Positions 19,496-29,958 of a stretch of 64,000 nucleotides of DNA are shown piece after piece. Every line of letters starts with the position of its first letter. The first letter of the stretch is position 1. Made by a program: the position numbers and the translations under genes. The stretch spans positions 1 to 64,000 of the forward strand of contig CAVTQK010000009.1 in the NCBI GenBank assembly GCA_963736855.1. Reading direction: 5' to 3'. The notes below the pieces were generated by a model that saw nothing but the letters and a program-made list of their open reading frames with translations, did no database searches and was not told the DNA's origin. Origin of the DNA: an uncultured delta proteobacterium. GTDB lineage: Bacteria > Desulfobacterota > Desulfobacteria > Desulfobacterales > UBA2156.

Positions 19496-21160
19496 CTACA
19501 TCTTTTCCGGAGCCGATACACCCAAGAGAAAAAGCCCGTTTTGGATCACCTCTTTGATCGCAAGGACCAGGGATAATCTGGCGCGTGTCAAGTCCGGGTC
19601 ATCGGTTAACACCCGATGTTTGTTGTAGTAGGTGTGAAAGAGGGAGGCCAAATCCATGAGATAGAAAGTGACCCGATGGGGTTCCATGAACACAGCGCTT
19701 TGCCGGATCACGTCCAAATAGTCGGAAAGAGCTTTGAGCAGCCGGATCTCTTCATGGGCCAGCAGCAGGGATGCCGTTTCTTCGGAAAAGGACGCATCCT
19801 CGATCCCTCGTTCTTTTCCCACCTTGAGGATGCTGGAGATCCGGGCATGGACATACTGAACATAATACACCGGGTTTTCATTGGATTGTTTTTTCGCCAG
19901 GTCCAAGTCGAAATCGAGGGGGCTTTCGTGATGGCGTGTCATAAAGAGGAATCGGGCGGCATCTTTTCCCACTTCGTCGATGACTTCGCGAAGGGTCACG
20001 AACTCGCCGGCACGCGTCGACATGGCCACCGGAATACCTCCCCTGAGCAGGTTTACCAACTGAACCAGGATCACCTTGAACCTTTCTTTCGCGTGTCCCA
20101 GGGCCTCGACGGCGGCTTCCATGCGAGGGATATATCCGTGATGGTCGGCTCCCCAGACATCGATCACTTTCTCGAATCCCCGTTCGAACTTATCCCGATG
20201 ATAGGCGATGTCGGAGGCAAAATAGGTGGGCTGGCCGCCATTCCGGACCACAACCCGATCCTTCTCGTCCCCGTATGCGGTGGTCCGGAACCATAGTGCG
20301 CCGTCTTTTTCATAGACGACGTCCCGAGCCTTCAACTCGGACAATGTTCGGTCCACCTTTTTTGCATCATAGAGGCTTTGCTCGCTGAACCACCGATCAA
20401 AAGTTACACCGAAACGAACCAGGTCTTCCCGCATCCCTTCTGTGATCTTTCCGGCCGCATACCGGGCGCAAAAAGCGATCCCTTCGGCTTCGGGGCCCAA
20501 GGCCATCCCCCTGCCCTTCAATTCGAGGATCTCCCTTGCCAGGTCCCGAATATAACCCCCCTGGTAGCACTCTTTCGGAAACGGTTCCGTATCGCCCAAC
20601 AGGGCTTTAAGCCGCAAAAAAACAGATCGTCCCAGTGTTTCGACCTGTCTCCCGGAATCGTTGACATAGTATTCTTTTTGCACGTCATACCCGCAAAAAG
20701 AAAGGATGTTGGCCACACTGTCCCCCACGGCAGCTCCTCGGCCATGCCCCACATGCAGCGGTCCCGTGGGGTTGGAGCTGACGTATTCCACCTGGATCCG
20801 TCTCCCCTTTCCCAGATCAACGGCACCATATCGCTTGCCTTGGATATGGACGGCCTCCAGAACATGGTGCCAGGCCGAAGGGTGAAGATGGAAATTGATG
20901 AAGCCGGGTCCCGCCACCTCCACGCGTTCGATCCAATTTCGGACATCTTTCATGTGACCCACGACAGCCTCGGCGATTTTTTTCGGCGACATCTTCTGAA
21001 CCGAGGCGGATATGAGGGCAAAATTGGTGGAAAAATCGCCGTGGGCTTCGATTTTCGGCGTTTCCAGGACCACTTCGGGAAAGTCCGGGGAAGGGAGGAT
21101 CCCCTTTTCATGGGCGCCTCGAGCCGCCGAAAGGATCATGCTCTTTATCGTGTCTTTCAT
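19496..21160 (-). CDS. argS: Arginine--tRNA ligase
   Basis: HGDFSTN, VAGPGFINF, SSNPTGPLHVGHGR, WGADHHGY, YVQYVHARI. Confidence 0.97.
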   Translation of the reverse strand: MKDTIKSMILSAARGAHEKGILPSPDFPEVVLETPKIEAHGDFSTNFALISASVQKMSPKKIAEAVVGHMKDVRNWIERVEVAGPGFINFHLHPSAWHHVLEAVHIQGKRYGAVDLGKGRRIQVEYVSSNPTGPLHVGHGRGAAVGDSVANILSFCGYDVQKEYYVNDSGRQVETLGRSVFLRLKALLGDTEPFPKECYQGGYIRDLAREILELKGRGMALGPEAEGIAFCARYAAGKITEGMREDLVRFGVTFDRWFSEQSLYDAKKVDRTLSELKARDVVYEKDGALWFRTTAYGDEKDRVVVRNGGQPTYFASDIAYHRDKFERGFEKVIDVWGADHHGYIPRMEAAVEALGHAKERFKVILVQLVNLLRGGIPVAMSTRAGEFVTLREVIDEVGKDAARFLFMTRHHESPLDFDLDLAKKQSNENPVYYVQYVHARISSILKVGKERGIEDASFSEETASLLLAHEEIRLLKALSDYLDVIRQSAVFMEPHRVTFYLMDLASLFHTYYNKHRVLTDDPDLTRARLSLVLAIKEVIQNGLFLLGVSAPEKM

Positions 21161-21392
21161 CGGGGTTACCGGTATCCTTCTTTTTTCCACCTCTTGATTC
21201 AAAGCGTCTAATCCATAAAAACTTTTACCCGGCAAGTCAAGACGATTGGTCGGTTCTCCTCCGAAGGACCGTCCCATAGGCAGGCCTTTTGAACCAGGTG
21301 GCATCCGACATACGGATCCGGATGGTGCTGAAATACTTCTCCCGGATCCTGTGAGTCGGAAAACTTGCAAATTCGTTTTGAAAAGGCTATCC

Positions 21393-22115
21393 ATGCCAAT
21401 ATCTGATACAGGCGAAACCGCTTTTCAGGAAACCGGGATTTTGATAAACGCTTCCGAAGCTCTTCAACAGGCGATGACCCCTTCCGAGCGCAAACTTCTG
21501 TCGCGGCTGAATACCCCGGCCAGGATCCAGACGTTTCTGGATACCCTCGAGTACAGCGTGGAAGATGTCTACCGGTGCCCCTTGCGGGTATTCCGAGAGC
21601 GCATGGGGCATTGCTTCGACGGCGCCGTGTTTGCCGCAGCCGCGCTTTCTCGCATCGGATACCCGCCGTTGATCCTGGACATGCTCCCCAACGACCGGGA
21701 CGACGACCACATCCTGGCGCTCTACAAATCCGACGGCCACTGGGGAGCTTGTGCCCAATCCAATTTCTCGGGGCTGCGCTTCCGGGAGCCGATCTTCCGG
21801 AATCTGCGGGAACTGATGCTGTCCTATTTCGAGCCTTTCTTCAACATTGCCCGGGAAAAGACCCTGCGGGGTTACACCCGACCGCTGAACCTGAACGCTT
21901 TTAACGGGTTCCACTGGATGACCCGGGACGAGGCGATGGATCGGATCGCCTGCAGGCTCAACGGAATCCAAAAAAAGTCGCTTTTAACCGATCCAATGAT
22001 CGACGGTCTTTCACTGGTGGATGAACGATCTTACGATGCCGGATTGCTCGGCGCTAAAAAGGAAGGTCTTTTTCGACCGTTAAAAACGAAATCTTCAAGG
22101 AGAAACGAGGGATGA
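21393..22115 (+). CDS. Transglutaminase-like (papain-fold) hypothetical protein
   Basis: GHCFDGAVFAAAAL...DDDHILALY...HWGA; start uncertain. Confidence 0.6.
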   Translation: MPISDTGETAFQETGILINASEALQQAMTPSERKLLSRLNTPARIQTFLDTLEYSVEDVYRCPLRVFRERMGHCFDGAVFAAAALSRIGYPPLILDMLPNDRDDDHILALYKSDGHWGACAQSNFSGLRFREPIFRNLRELMLSYFEPFFNIAREKTLRGYTRPLNLNAFNGFHWMTRDEAMDRIACRLNGIQKKSLLTDPMIDGLSLVDERSYDAGLLGAKKEGLFRPLKTKSSRRNEG

Positions 22116-22831
22116 ACAACAAAAGAGTCATCGAAGCATCGATTCTCGGCGTATTGTTATGCGCCGGCATGGTCTTTCTCGGATACTTTCTTTCCACCGG
22201 CGCATTGAGAGTCAAGGGGCTGGACCGCACCGTCACCGTAAAAGGGCTCTCCGAGCGTGAAGTCCCTTCGGACGTGGCCATCTGGCCCATCCGGTTCAGC
22301 GAGGCAGAAAACGACCTGGGCAGCCTTTATGCCCTGGTGGAACGGCACACCGGCGCCATTCTGGATTTTTTAAAAACCAACGACTTTTCCGAGGATGAAA
22401 TTTCCGTGTCCCCGCCGGCCATCGTCGACCGCCAGGCCCAGGGGTACGTGGACGCCAACAAAGTGAAATTCCGGTTTGCCTCCAACTCCACCATTACGGT
22501 CTATACGGGAAAGGTGGATGCCGCGCGGCAGGCCATGAGCAAACTCATCGAGCTGGGTAAACAGGGGATCGTGATCGGCGCACAGGAATACGAAACCAAA
22601 ACAGAGTATCTCTACACGAAGCTCAACACCATCAAGCCGGAGATGGTGGAGGAGGCCACCCGAACAGCCCGGCAGGTGGCTGAAAAGTTCGCCAAGGATT
22701 CCAACAGCCGGCTGGGAAAGATCAAGACCGCCCAGCAGGGCCAGTTCACCATCACCGACCGGGACAGCAGCACCCCCCACATCAAGAAAGTGCGGGTAGT
22801 CTCCACCGTCGAATACTATCTGTCGGACTAA
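22112..22831 (+). CDS. SIMPL (DUF541) domain protein
   Basis: N-terminal TM, RTVTVKGLSEREV, KKVRVVSTVEY. Confidence 0.88.
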   Translation: MNNKRVIEASILGVLLCAGMVFLGYFLSTGALRVKGLDRTVTVKGLSEREVPSDVAIWPIRFSEAENDLGSLYALVERHTGAILDFLKTNDFSEDEISVSPPAIVDRQAQGYVDANKVKFRFASNSTITVYTGKVDAARQAMSKLIELGKQGIVIGAQEYETKTEYLYTKLNTIKPEMVEEATRTARQVAEKFAKDSNSRLGKIKTAQQGQFTITDRDSSTPHIKKVRVVSTVEYYLSD

Positions 22832-22865
22832 GGGGAATTCCGGAAAAAAGAAAGGTTTCAAAGCC

Positions 22866-24545
22866 ATGAAAGGAAACCGGGCTCTGGTCAGGATGCTTTA
22901 CGATGTTGGGGTGAACACCCTTTTCGGCCTTTGCGGAGACACCAGTCTCCCTTTCTATGAGGCCCTCGCCGGATTCGAGCATCCGATCCGGCACATCCTT
23001 ACCCGGGACGAACGTTCCGCGTCGTTCATGGCGGACGCCTATGCCCGTTTCAGCGGCAAGGTGGGGGTCTGCGAGGGCCCCAGCGGGGGCGGCGCACTCT
23101 TTATTCTCCCAGGGGTGGCGGAAGCCAACCAGTCTTCGGTGCCGCTGGTCTGCATCACTTCGGATATTGATGTCGGGCAACGGGATCGCGGGACCCTCAC
23201 CGAGCTGGACCAGGATGCCTTGTTCGGACCCGTCACCACCTGGACCCGAACACCGACAGGCGGCAGGGAACTCCCCTGGGTCGTCCGGGAAGCGTTTCGA
23301 AGGGCGGTTTCGGGGAGGCTTGGGGCCACTCACATCGGACTCTCTCTTACCGTCCAGGAGGCCGACGTACTCGAACGCGATATCTACATCGATCCCTGCT
23401 TCGGCGCCTATCCCGCCTACCGGACCGCCCCGGAACCGGGGTCGGTGAAGCGCGCCGCCGAACTCCTCGCTGAAAGCCGGCATCCCGTCATCGTGGCCGG
23501 AGCCGGAGTCATCCGGTCCTGGGCGTGGGCCGAGCTCAAGGTGCTGATCGAAATGCTCGGGTGTCCGGTGGCCACCTCCATCAGCGGAAAAGGAGCCATC
23601 GCCGAAACACATCCCTTAAGCCTGGGTGTCGTCGGAAGCAACGGCGGGCTTCCTTTCCGCCATGACTTTATCCACCAGGCAGACCTGGTTTTCTTCATCG
23701 GATGCCATGCGGGATCGGTGACGACCATCAAGTGGACGCTGCCCCCCGACAGGAAGAAAAAAATCCTTCAGCTCGACGTGGATGCTTCCAGGATCGGCGT
23801 CAATTACCGGGTGAAAGAAGGCATCGTCGCCGACGCCAAACTCGGGATTGCCGCATTGATCGAGGCTTTGGCCGATCGATTGGGGGGCTCAAGGGCAGGA
23901 AAAACCGACCCCCACCGCATTGCGGAAAAACGAGCGGCCTATATGGATTCCATAGACGCATTTGCTTCCGACGCCGTCCCGATCCGGCCGGAGCGCTTCG
24001 TTAAAGAACTCGAGAATGCCCTGCCGGAGGACGCCCTTGTCATCGCCGATCCGGGGACACCCACGCCGTATCTGGCCGCATATTATCGTCTTCCAATGGC
24101 CGGAAGATGCTTTGTGGCGCCCCGCGCTCACGGCGCTCTGGGATATGCCCTTCCGGCAGTGGTGGGCGCCCATTACGCCCAGCCTGATAAAAAAGTGGTC
24201 GGCATCATGGGAGACGGCAGTTTCGCCATATCCGCCGGAGAACTCGAAACGATTTCCCGGTTGAACATCCCGGTTTTGCTGATCGTGCTTTCCAATGCCT
24301 GTTTCGGATGGGTAAAAGCCGGTCAGAAGGCCACGGGAAGCCCCTTTTTCGGCGTCGACTTTTCCGCGATAGACCATGCCGCCGTAGCCCGGGCCTTTCG
24401 GATTAAAGGGATACGGGTGGAGAATCCATCCGCCCTGCGATCCGCCCTTGAAAACGGAATTAGATCTCCAAGGCCGATCCTAATCGATGTCGTGGTCCAA
24501 CCCCTCCATGAGGCCAAGGCTCCGGTCTCGAAATGGGTCGCCTGA
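22866..24545 (+). CDS. Thiamine diphosphate-dependent enzyme (acetolactate synthase-like)
   Basis: RDERSASFMADAYAR catalytic Glu; GDGS...SNACFG ThDP-binding motif. Confidence 0.9.
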   Translation: MKGNRALVRMLYDVGVNTLFGLCGDTSLPFYEALAGFEHPIRHILTRDERSASFMADAYARFSGKVGVCEGPSGGGALFILPGVAEANQSSVPLVCITSDIDVGQRDRGTLTELDQDALFGPVTTWTRTPTGGRELPWVVREAFRRAVSGRLGATHIGLSLTVQEADVLERDIYIDPCFGAYPAYRTAPEPGSVKRAAELLAESRHPVIVAGAGVIRSWAWAELKVLIEMLGCPVATSISGKGAIAETHPLSLGVVGSNGGLPFRHDFIHQADLVFFIGCHAGSVTTIKWTLPPDRKKKILQLDVDASRIGVNYRVKEGIVADAKLGIAALIEALADRLGGSRAGKTDPHRIAEKRAAYMDSIDAFASDAVPIRPERFVKELENALPEDALVIADPGTPTPYLAAYYRLPMAGRCFVAPRAHGALGYALPAVVGAHYAQPDKKVVGIMGDGSFAISAGELETISRLNIPVLLIVLSNACFGWVKAGQKATGSPFFGVDFSAIDHAAVARAFRIKGIRVENPSALRSALENGIRSPRPILIDVVVQPLHEAKAPVSKWVA

Positions 24546-24569
24546 AGGTTTAAAAGTCCGGGAGCTCCC

Positions 24570-25295
24570 ATGAAAAAAATCGTCATCGGCATCCTGATGC
24601 TGGACCATGCGCTCACCCGACCTCCGGGTGATCCTGGGAATCCGTCTACTTTTTCCTTTCCCGTGATCCACACCACTGTTTCCGGCGTATCTCTTGAGCG
24701 CCTCCTGATGAAAGATCCGGGAATCATCGACCCCTTAACCGCCTCGGCCCGGCGTCTCGTGGAATCGGGCGCTTCGGCTATTGCCGGCGGCTGCGGCTTT
24801 TTCATATATTTCCAGGAAGCTCTCAGCAGCCGCCTGGAAGTCCCGGTCATGCTCTCCAGCCTGCTTCAGATCCCTTTTATTCAAAAGACAGTGGGACCGA
24901 ATCGGCGCATCGGTGTTCTTACCGCCCACGCCGGACGCCTGACCCATGAACATTTGCTGATGGCGGGGATGGATCCCAAGTTCCCCGTGAAAGTGGCCGG
25001 CCTGGAAAACGAGCCTCATTTTCGACAAGGCATTCTGACGGAAGGCGGTATTTATGATTTTGCCGGAATTCAGAAGGAAGTGGTGGCCAAGGCTATAGAA
25101 CTGGTGCAAGCCGACGATGGGGGATTCCCGTTAGGCGCCATTTTGATGGAGTGCACCAACCTGCCCCCTTTTGCGGCAGCGATCCAGGAAGCCCTGATGC
25201 TCCCGGTCTTTGACGTGACCACGATGGTGAATCACCTCTACCAGGCCATGGTCTCGAAGCAGGTTTTCTTGACATTTTCGATTCTTGGGTGCTAA
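24570..25295 (+). CDS. Asp/Glu/hydantoin racemase-family protein
   Basis: PPGDPGNPSTF, GGCGF, ECTNLPP two-Cys motifs. Confidence 0.8.
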   Translation: MKKIVIGILMLDHALTRPPGDPGNPSTFSFPVIHTTVSGVSLERLLMKDPGIIDPLTASARRLVESGASAIAGGCGFFIYFQEALSSRLEVPVMLSSLLQIPFIQKTVGPNRRIGVLTAHAGRLTHEHLLMAGMDPKFPVKVAGLENEPHFRQGILTEGGIYDFAGIQKEVVAKAIELVQADDGGFPLGAILMECTNLPPFAAAIQEALMLPVFDVTTMVNHLYQAMVSKQVFLTFSILGC

Positions 25296-25363
25296 TCAGA
25301 AATACTTGTTAGAAATTTTTATTTCAGGGTTTTATAGTCAACCATTTTAAGAGGAGAACGGTC

Positions 25364-26347
25364 ATGCGTAAAACAGCCTTCGTGATTGCAGTCGTGCTGG
25401 GTTTTTGCCTGGCAGTCGGCGGAAGCGTTTCCGCCAAACAGATCACCCTCACCTTCACGGCCGGAAGTGCCGGCGGCGGCTGGTATGCGATTGCCGGCGG
25501 AATAGCGCCCATCATTCAGGAATTTGATCCCGAACTGGTGGTCAAAGTGGTTCCCGGCGGCGGCGTACAAAACCCGGCCTTGATATCCGAAGGAAAAATG
25601 GAAATGGGATTCGGGCTTCCCTTCATGAATGCCGCGGCATACCAGGGGATGGATCCCTTTGAAAAGCCTTTGAAGAACCTGCGGGCTCTCGTGGGCGGCA
25701 TGGTGATGAATTACTTTCACCTCTACGTCGGGGAAGAAGTCCCCGTCAACTCCATGGATGAGGCATTTGGACAGAAGAAAAAGCTGAGACTGGCCGTCAC
25801 CCAACCCGGCAGCTCCGATGTCTGGGTCTTCGAACGGATTCTGGAATCTTATAAGACCAGCATCAAGGACCTTGAAAAACAAGGCTTCCAGTTTGCCCGG
25901 GGCAACTACGCTTTCCAGGCCAACCAGTTCAAGGATAAAAATGCGGACGGCGTCTTCACCTTCCTTTCGCTTCCGGGTGCCGCTGTGATCGAGGCATCGG
26001 TGGGGAGAAACCTCAAACTCATCGACTTTTCGGACACGGCCTTAAAGTATCTGGAGCAATACGGGATCGTGGCCGCGGAGATTCCGGCGGGAACCTATCC
26101 CAAGGCCTCCAATAACAACAAAGCCATCAAAACCGCGGGGGCCGGCAGTGTGATCACGGTTTCAGCCGAGATGTCCGACGATATCGCCTACCGGATCACC
26201 AAGGCCTTCAACGAGAACCTGGAAAAAATCCGCAAGGTTCATGCGGCCCTTGAACCGTACACTGTCGCACAGGGGGTCACCGGCTGCGGCGTCCCGCTTC
26301 ATCCCGGCGCCATTAAGTACTACAAGGAGAAGGGGATTTTGAAATAG
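25364..26347 (+). CDS. TAXI-family TRAP substrate-binding protein
   Basis: Signal peptide, AGSAGGGWY, PAGTYP, PLHPGAIKYYKEKG. Confidence 0.92.
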   Translation: MRKTAFVIAVVLGFCLAVGGSVSAKQITLTFTAGSAGGGWYAIAGGIAPIIQEFDPELVVKVVPGGGVQNPALISEGKMEMGFGLPFMNAAAYQGMDPFEKPLKNLRALVGGMVMNYFHLYVGEEVPVNSMDEAFGQKKKLRLAVTQPGSSDVWVFERILESYKTSIKDLEKQGFQFARGNYAFQANQFKDKNADGVFTFLSLPGAAVIEASVGRNLKLIDFSDTALKYLEQYGIVAAEIPAGTYPKASNNNKAIKTAGAGSVITVSAEMSDDIAYRITKAFNENLEKIRKVHAALEPYTVAQGVTGCGVPLHPGAIKYYKEKGILK

Positions 26348-26416
26348 TCGAAAGAACGACCTGTTTTCCATCGATGATTCAGGATTTATTTTGCCGCTTT
26401 TTAACGGATCCTTCCA

Positions 26417-26449
26417 GGGGGTGACCGCCGCGGGCGTCACCCCCTTTTT
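26417..26449 (+). terminator. Hairpin plus T-run between the TAXI and permease genes
   Basis: GGGGGTGAC...GTCACCCCC TTTTT. Confidence 0.6.
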
Positions 26450-26466
26450 ATCGAAAGGATGATTCC

Positions 26467-28348
26467 ATGAGGACGCTCGGCCGCGGGTGGATGATCCCGG
26501 TTTATGCCCTGGCCGTGATTGCCGGTGTATTTCATTTTTATACCTCTGGATTCGGCTCTCCGGAGCCCCGGGTGTTTCGAGGTCTTCACCTTTGCATGCT
26601 CCTTCCGGTCATCTTCCTTTTTTATCCTGCGCGCGCCGGATCTCCCAAGAACCGGCCCAGCACCGTCGACTTAGCGGCTGTTGTGCTGTGTTTGGCAGCT
26701 ACCCTGTATACCGTCTATCACGCGGATCGGCTCAACGAACACTTCATCGGTTTTCATAATGTCCGAACCGAAGAAGTGGTCCTCGGCGCATTGCTCGCCC
26801 TTGCCGTCATCGAGGGGTGCCGCCGGTCCATGTCCAAATGGTACGCCCTGACCGTGAGCGTTGTTTTGTTCTATCTTTTTACCTGTGAATACTGGCCCGG
26901 CATGTTTCGTTTCAAAGCCTTCAGCTTCGATCGGGCCATCGAGATTTTGTACCTTCCCAACGATGACGGCATGTTCGGGTTTTTGACCGGCATCTCCGCC
27001 GAAATCCTTTTTATCTATATTCTCTTTGCCGCCGTACTCACCGCCAGCGGGGCCGGGAATTTTTTAATCGAATTTGCCTCCTGGGCCGCCGGATGGGCCC
27101 GGGGCGGATCGGCCAAGATCTCGGTGATTTCCTCCGCCTTATATGGCACCGTTTCCGGATCCTCGGTGGCCAACGTTTACGCCACCGGATCCTTCACCAT
27201 CCCGATGATGAAGAAAAGCGGTTACAGCCCCAAGGAAGCGGCGGCCGTGGAGGCCGTCTCCGGCGTAGGCGGCCAGATCATGCCCCCCATCATGGGAGCG
27301 GGCTCCTTCATCATGGCCGAAATAACCGGCATCCCCTACTTCACCATCATCAAGACCGCCGCCATCCCCGCAATCCTGTATTATCTCGGGGTCATGTGCA
27401 TGGTCCATTTCATTGCTGTCCGTCGAGGCATTCTATGCCATTCGAAAAGAGGACAGGCCGAAACCCAGGGATCTCTTGCGGCATGCCTACTTTACAATCC
27501 CTTTCATAGTCATCGTCTTTTTGCTCGCCACCGGGTATTCGCCGTCCAAAGCGGCCTTCCATACCATCTGGATCACCCTGATTTTGAGCTGCTTCGATCG
27601 GAAAACCTGGATAAACCGGACCAAGCTTTTAGACATCTTTTTCAAATCCCTGATCAACTGCGCCCTGATCGCCAGCGTCCTGGCAGGTGCGGGCATGGTC
27701 GTCGGAATCCTCACCCGGACGGGAGTGGCGCTGTCTTTCGGCACCATCCTGGTTTCAGCCTCCAAGGGTGTCCTGCTTTTGGCCGCGCTTCTTGTCTTTA
27801 TGGTCGTCAGCGTCCTGGGAACCGGCATTCCGACCACAGCCTCCTACATTATCAGCGTGACGGTGGGTGCGCAGGCTCTCACCAATTTCAACGTGGAATT
27901 ATTGGCCGCCCATCTCTTTGTATTTTACTACGCCGTCCTGGCGGATCTCACCCCCCCTGACGCGGTCACCTCCTTTGCAGCCGCCAACCTGGCCGGCTCC
28001 GAGCCGATGGCCACCGGGATCGAAGGATTCCGCCTGGGAATCGCCGGTTTCCTGGTCCCCTTTGCTTTCCTTTACCAGCCGGCCTTGCTCCTGAAGGGAA
28101 CCTATCTGGATATCTTGATGGCTTTTGCAGTGACTGTGATCGGCATCATTTGTCTGGCCTGTGGTGTCATCGGTCAATACCGCACCCCCTTGAATTGGAT
28201 CCAGCGGAGCTGCTTCCTGAGCGCGGCCGCCTTTCTGGTCTTCCCGGGAAAATGGAATATAACGGCCGGCCTGGCCCTGGCAATGAGCGCGGGGGTATGG
28301 TCATGGCTTGGAGATGACCCAAAGAGAAAAAAAGGAGCTTTCGGATGA
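26467..28348 (+). pseudogene. TRAP fused 4TM/12TM permease with a single +1 frameshift near 27432
   Basis: ORF 26467 (SGSSVANVYATG, GGQIMPPIMG) continues in ORF 27413 (GIPTTASY, DLTPPDA); removing one base gives 627 codons. Confidence 0.85.
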
Positions 28349-29529
28349 TTCGACCGTTGCCTGAAAAAACGGACATCATCGTTGTCGGCGCCGGGCTCAT
28401 GGGGACCAGCATCGCGTATCATCTGGCTAAATTGGGGGCCAATCGCGTCCTGGTTCTCGAACAGGGGTTTGTGGGCGCCCAGGGGGCCACGGCAAAAAGT
28501 CTGGGAGGCATCCGGATCCAGTTTGCCACTGAAATCAACATCCGCTTCTCCCTGGCCTCGAAGGCGGTCTTCGAGCGGTTTGAAGAGGAATTCGGAGTCA
28601 AGTTGCATTATACACCTTCAGGATACCTGTATTTAACCAGCAGCGACAGGGGACGCAGCATCTTTGAAAACACGGCGGCCATGCTGGAGCGCATGGGGCT
28701 TTTCGCCGAGATTCTCGATCCGGAAGAGATCTTTCGACGCTGGCCGTTTCTGGAAACCGCAGATTTAAAAGCCGCCTGCTGGACCGCCGGGGACGGCTAC
28801 TACAGCATCAATGAGGTGGTCCAGGGGTTTGCCCAGGGGGCCCGGCGCCTGGGCGTTCAAATCCATGAAGAAACAAAAGTCATTGAAATTATGACCGAAA
28901 AAGGGCAAGTGACCGGGGTTAGGACGCACACGGGGAAAATCATCCAATCGGACTGGGTGGTCAATGCCGCAGGACCCTGGTCCGGCTGGGTTGCCGCATC
29001 GGCAGGGGTCGACCTTCCCGTGGGGCCCTTAAGACGACACCTCTTCATGACAAGCCCTTTCGATGCACTCCCAGCGCTCCTTCCTTTCATCCTTCATTTC
29101 GATACAGGTTGGTATATGCGGCGGGAGGGCCCGGCCCTGCTTCTGGCAGGTCCCTCGGATAATACGGAGGCCCAGCGTACATTCAGCGAAAAAGTCGATT
29201 TCGACGCCCAGGAATGGACGGCGGAACAGTCCATACGCCGGGTTCCGATCCTCGAAAAGGCGAGCATCCTGCGCGGCTGGATCGGTCATTATGCCCTGAG
29301 CCCGGATCACCACGCAATCATCGGAACGTATCCGGAACTTGCCGGGTTCGTCGTGTGCACCGGCTTCAGCGGCCATGGGTTCCAGCACAGCCCCATCGCC
29401 GGGAAGGTGACCGCCGAGCTGATCGTCCTGGGACGGTCGGAGACATTGGACATCCGCGCCTTGAGGCCCACACGCTTCCGGGAAAAAGACCTCATCGAAG
29501 AGCCCCTCACCTCATTCCGTAATCTATAA
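28345..29529 (+). CDS. FAD-dependent oxidoreductase (DAO/sarcosine oxidase beta-like)
   Basis: VVGAGLMG, VVNAAGPW, SPDHHAIIG, GFSGHGFQHSP. Confidence 0.9.
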   Translation: MIRPLPEKTDIIVVGAGLMGTSIAYHLAKLGANRVLVLEQGFVGAQGATAKSLGGIRIQFATEINIRFSLASKAVFERFEEEFGVKLHYTPSGYLYLTSSDRGRSIFENTAAMLERMGLFAEILDPEEIFRRWPFLETADLKAACWTAGDGYYSINEVVQGFAQGARRLGVQIHEETKVIEIMTEKGQVTGVRTHTGKIIQSDWVVNAAGPWSGWVAASAGVDLPVGPLRRHLFMTSPFDALPALLPFILHFDTGWYMRREGPALLLAGPSDNTEAQRTFSEKVDFDAQEWTAEQSIRRVPILEKASILRGWIGHYALSPDHHAIIGTYPELAGFVVCTGFSGHGFQHSPIAGKVTAELIVLGRSETLDIRALRPTRFREKDLIEEPLTSFRNL

Positions 29530-29540
29530 AGGGGTATAAA

Positions 29541-29570
29541 AACGCGGGGCGGCCAGAAGGCCACCCCGTT
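29541..29570 (+). terminator. Hairpin ending the catabolic operon
   Basis: CGGGGCGGCC-AGAA-GGCCACCCCG just after the stop codon. Confidence 0.5.
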
Positions 29571-29919
29571 AAAGAAGGGCTCTTGGCCGGCTTGGGTTCG
29601 TCCTCATCTCATCTAAAAAAATCAAGCAGTTAGAAAAACAGGTCGAATAAAACTGCCTATGTTTTTCAGTTGATTTGTTTCTTTTTTTGTATAGAATATC
29701 GTCTTACTTCCTTCTGCGTCTTCCATCGGTACCATGAATCTCGGCCATAAAGGTAAGTATCATTCTTAACCTGGAACCCATCAAAAAGATCATGTACGGA
29801 AACATTGGAAAGATCCTTTTGGTCGGATCATCCATAGATAATTCAGACATAAAGCAGAATGAGGAGGCATTTTTACAACTTAAAACGATCTATCCTTATA
29901 AAATTTTGAACTCTGATAT

Positions 29920-29953
29920 TCAGAAAATAGAGTCTGCATGATATATGTTAGGC
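29920..29953 (+). other. attI-like array entry site (R box GTTAGGC with no upstream attC hairpin)
   Basis: GTTAGGCAT at 29947 is the exact complement of ATGCCTAAC closing the first cassette; AT-rich non-coding leader. Confidence 0.6.
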
Positions 29954-29958
29954 ATTTT

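Noticed and set aside
29570..29940. Integron integrase or remnant upstream of the attI-like site
   Set aside because: No ORF of suitable size and no tyrosine recombinase motifs in the frames I read
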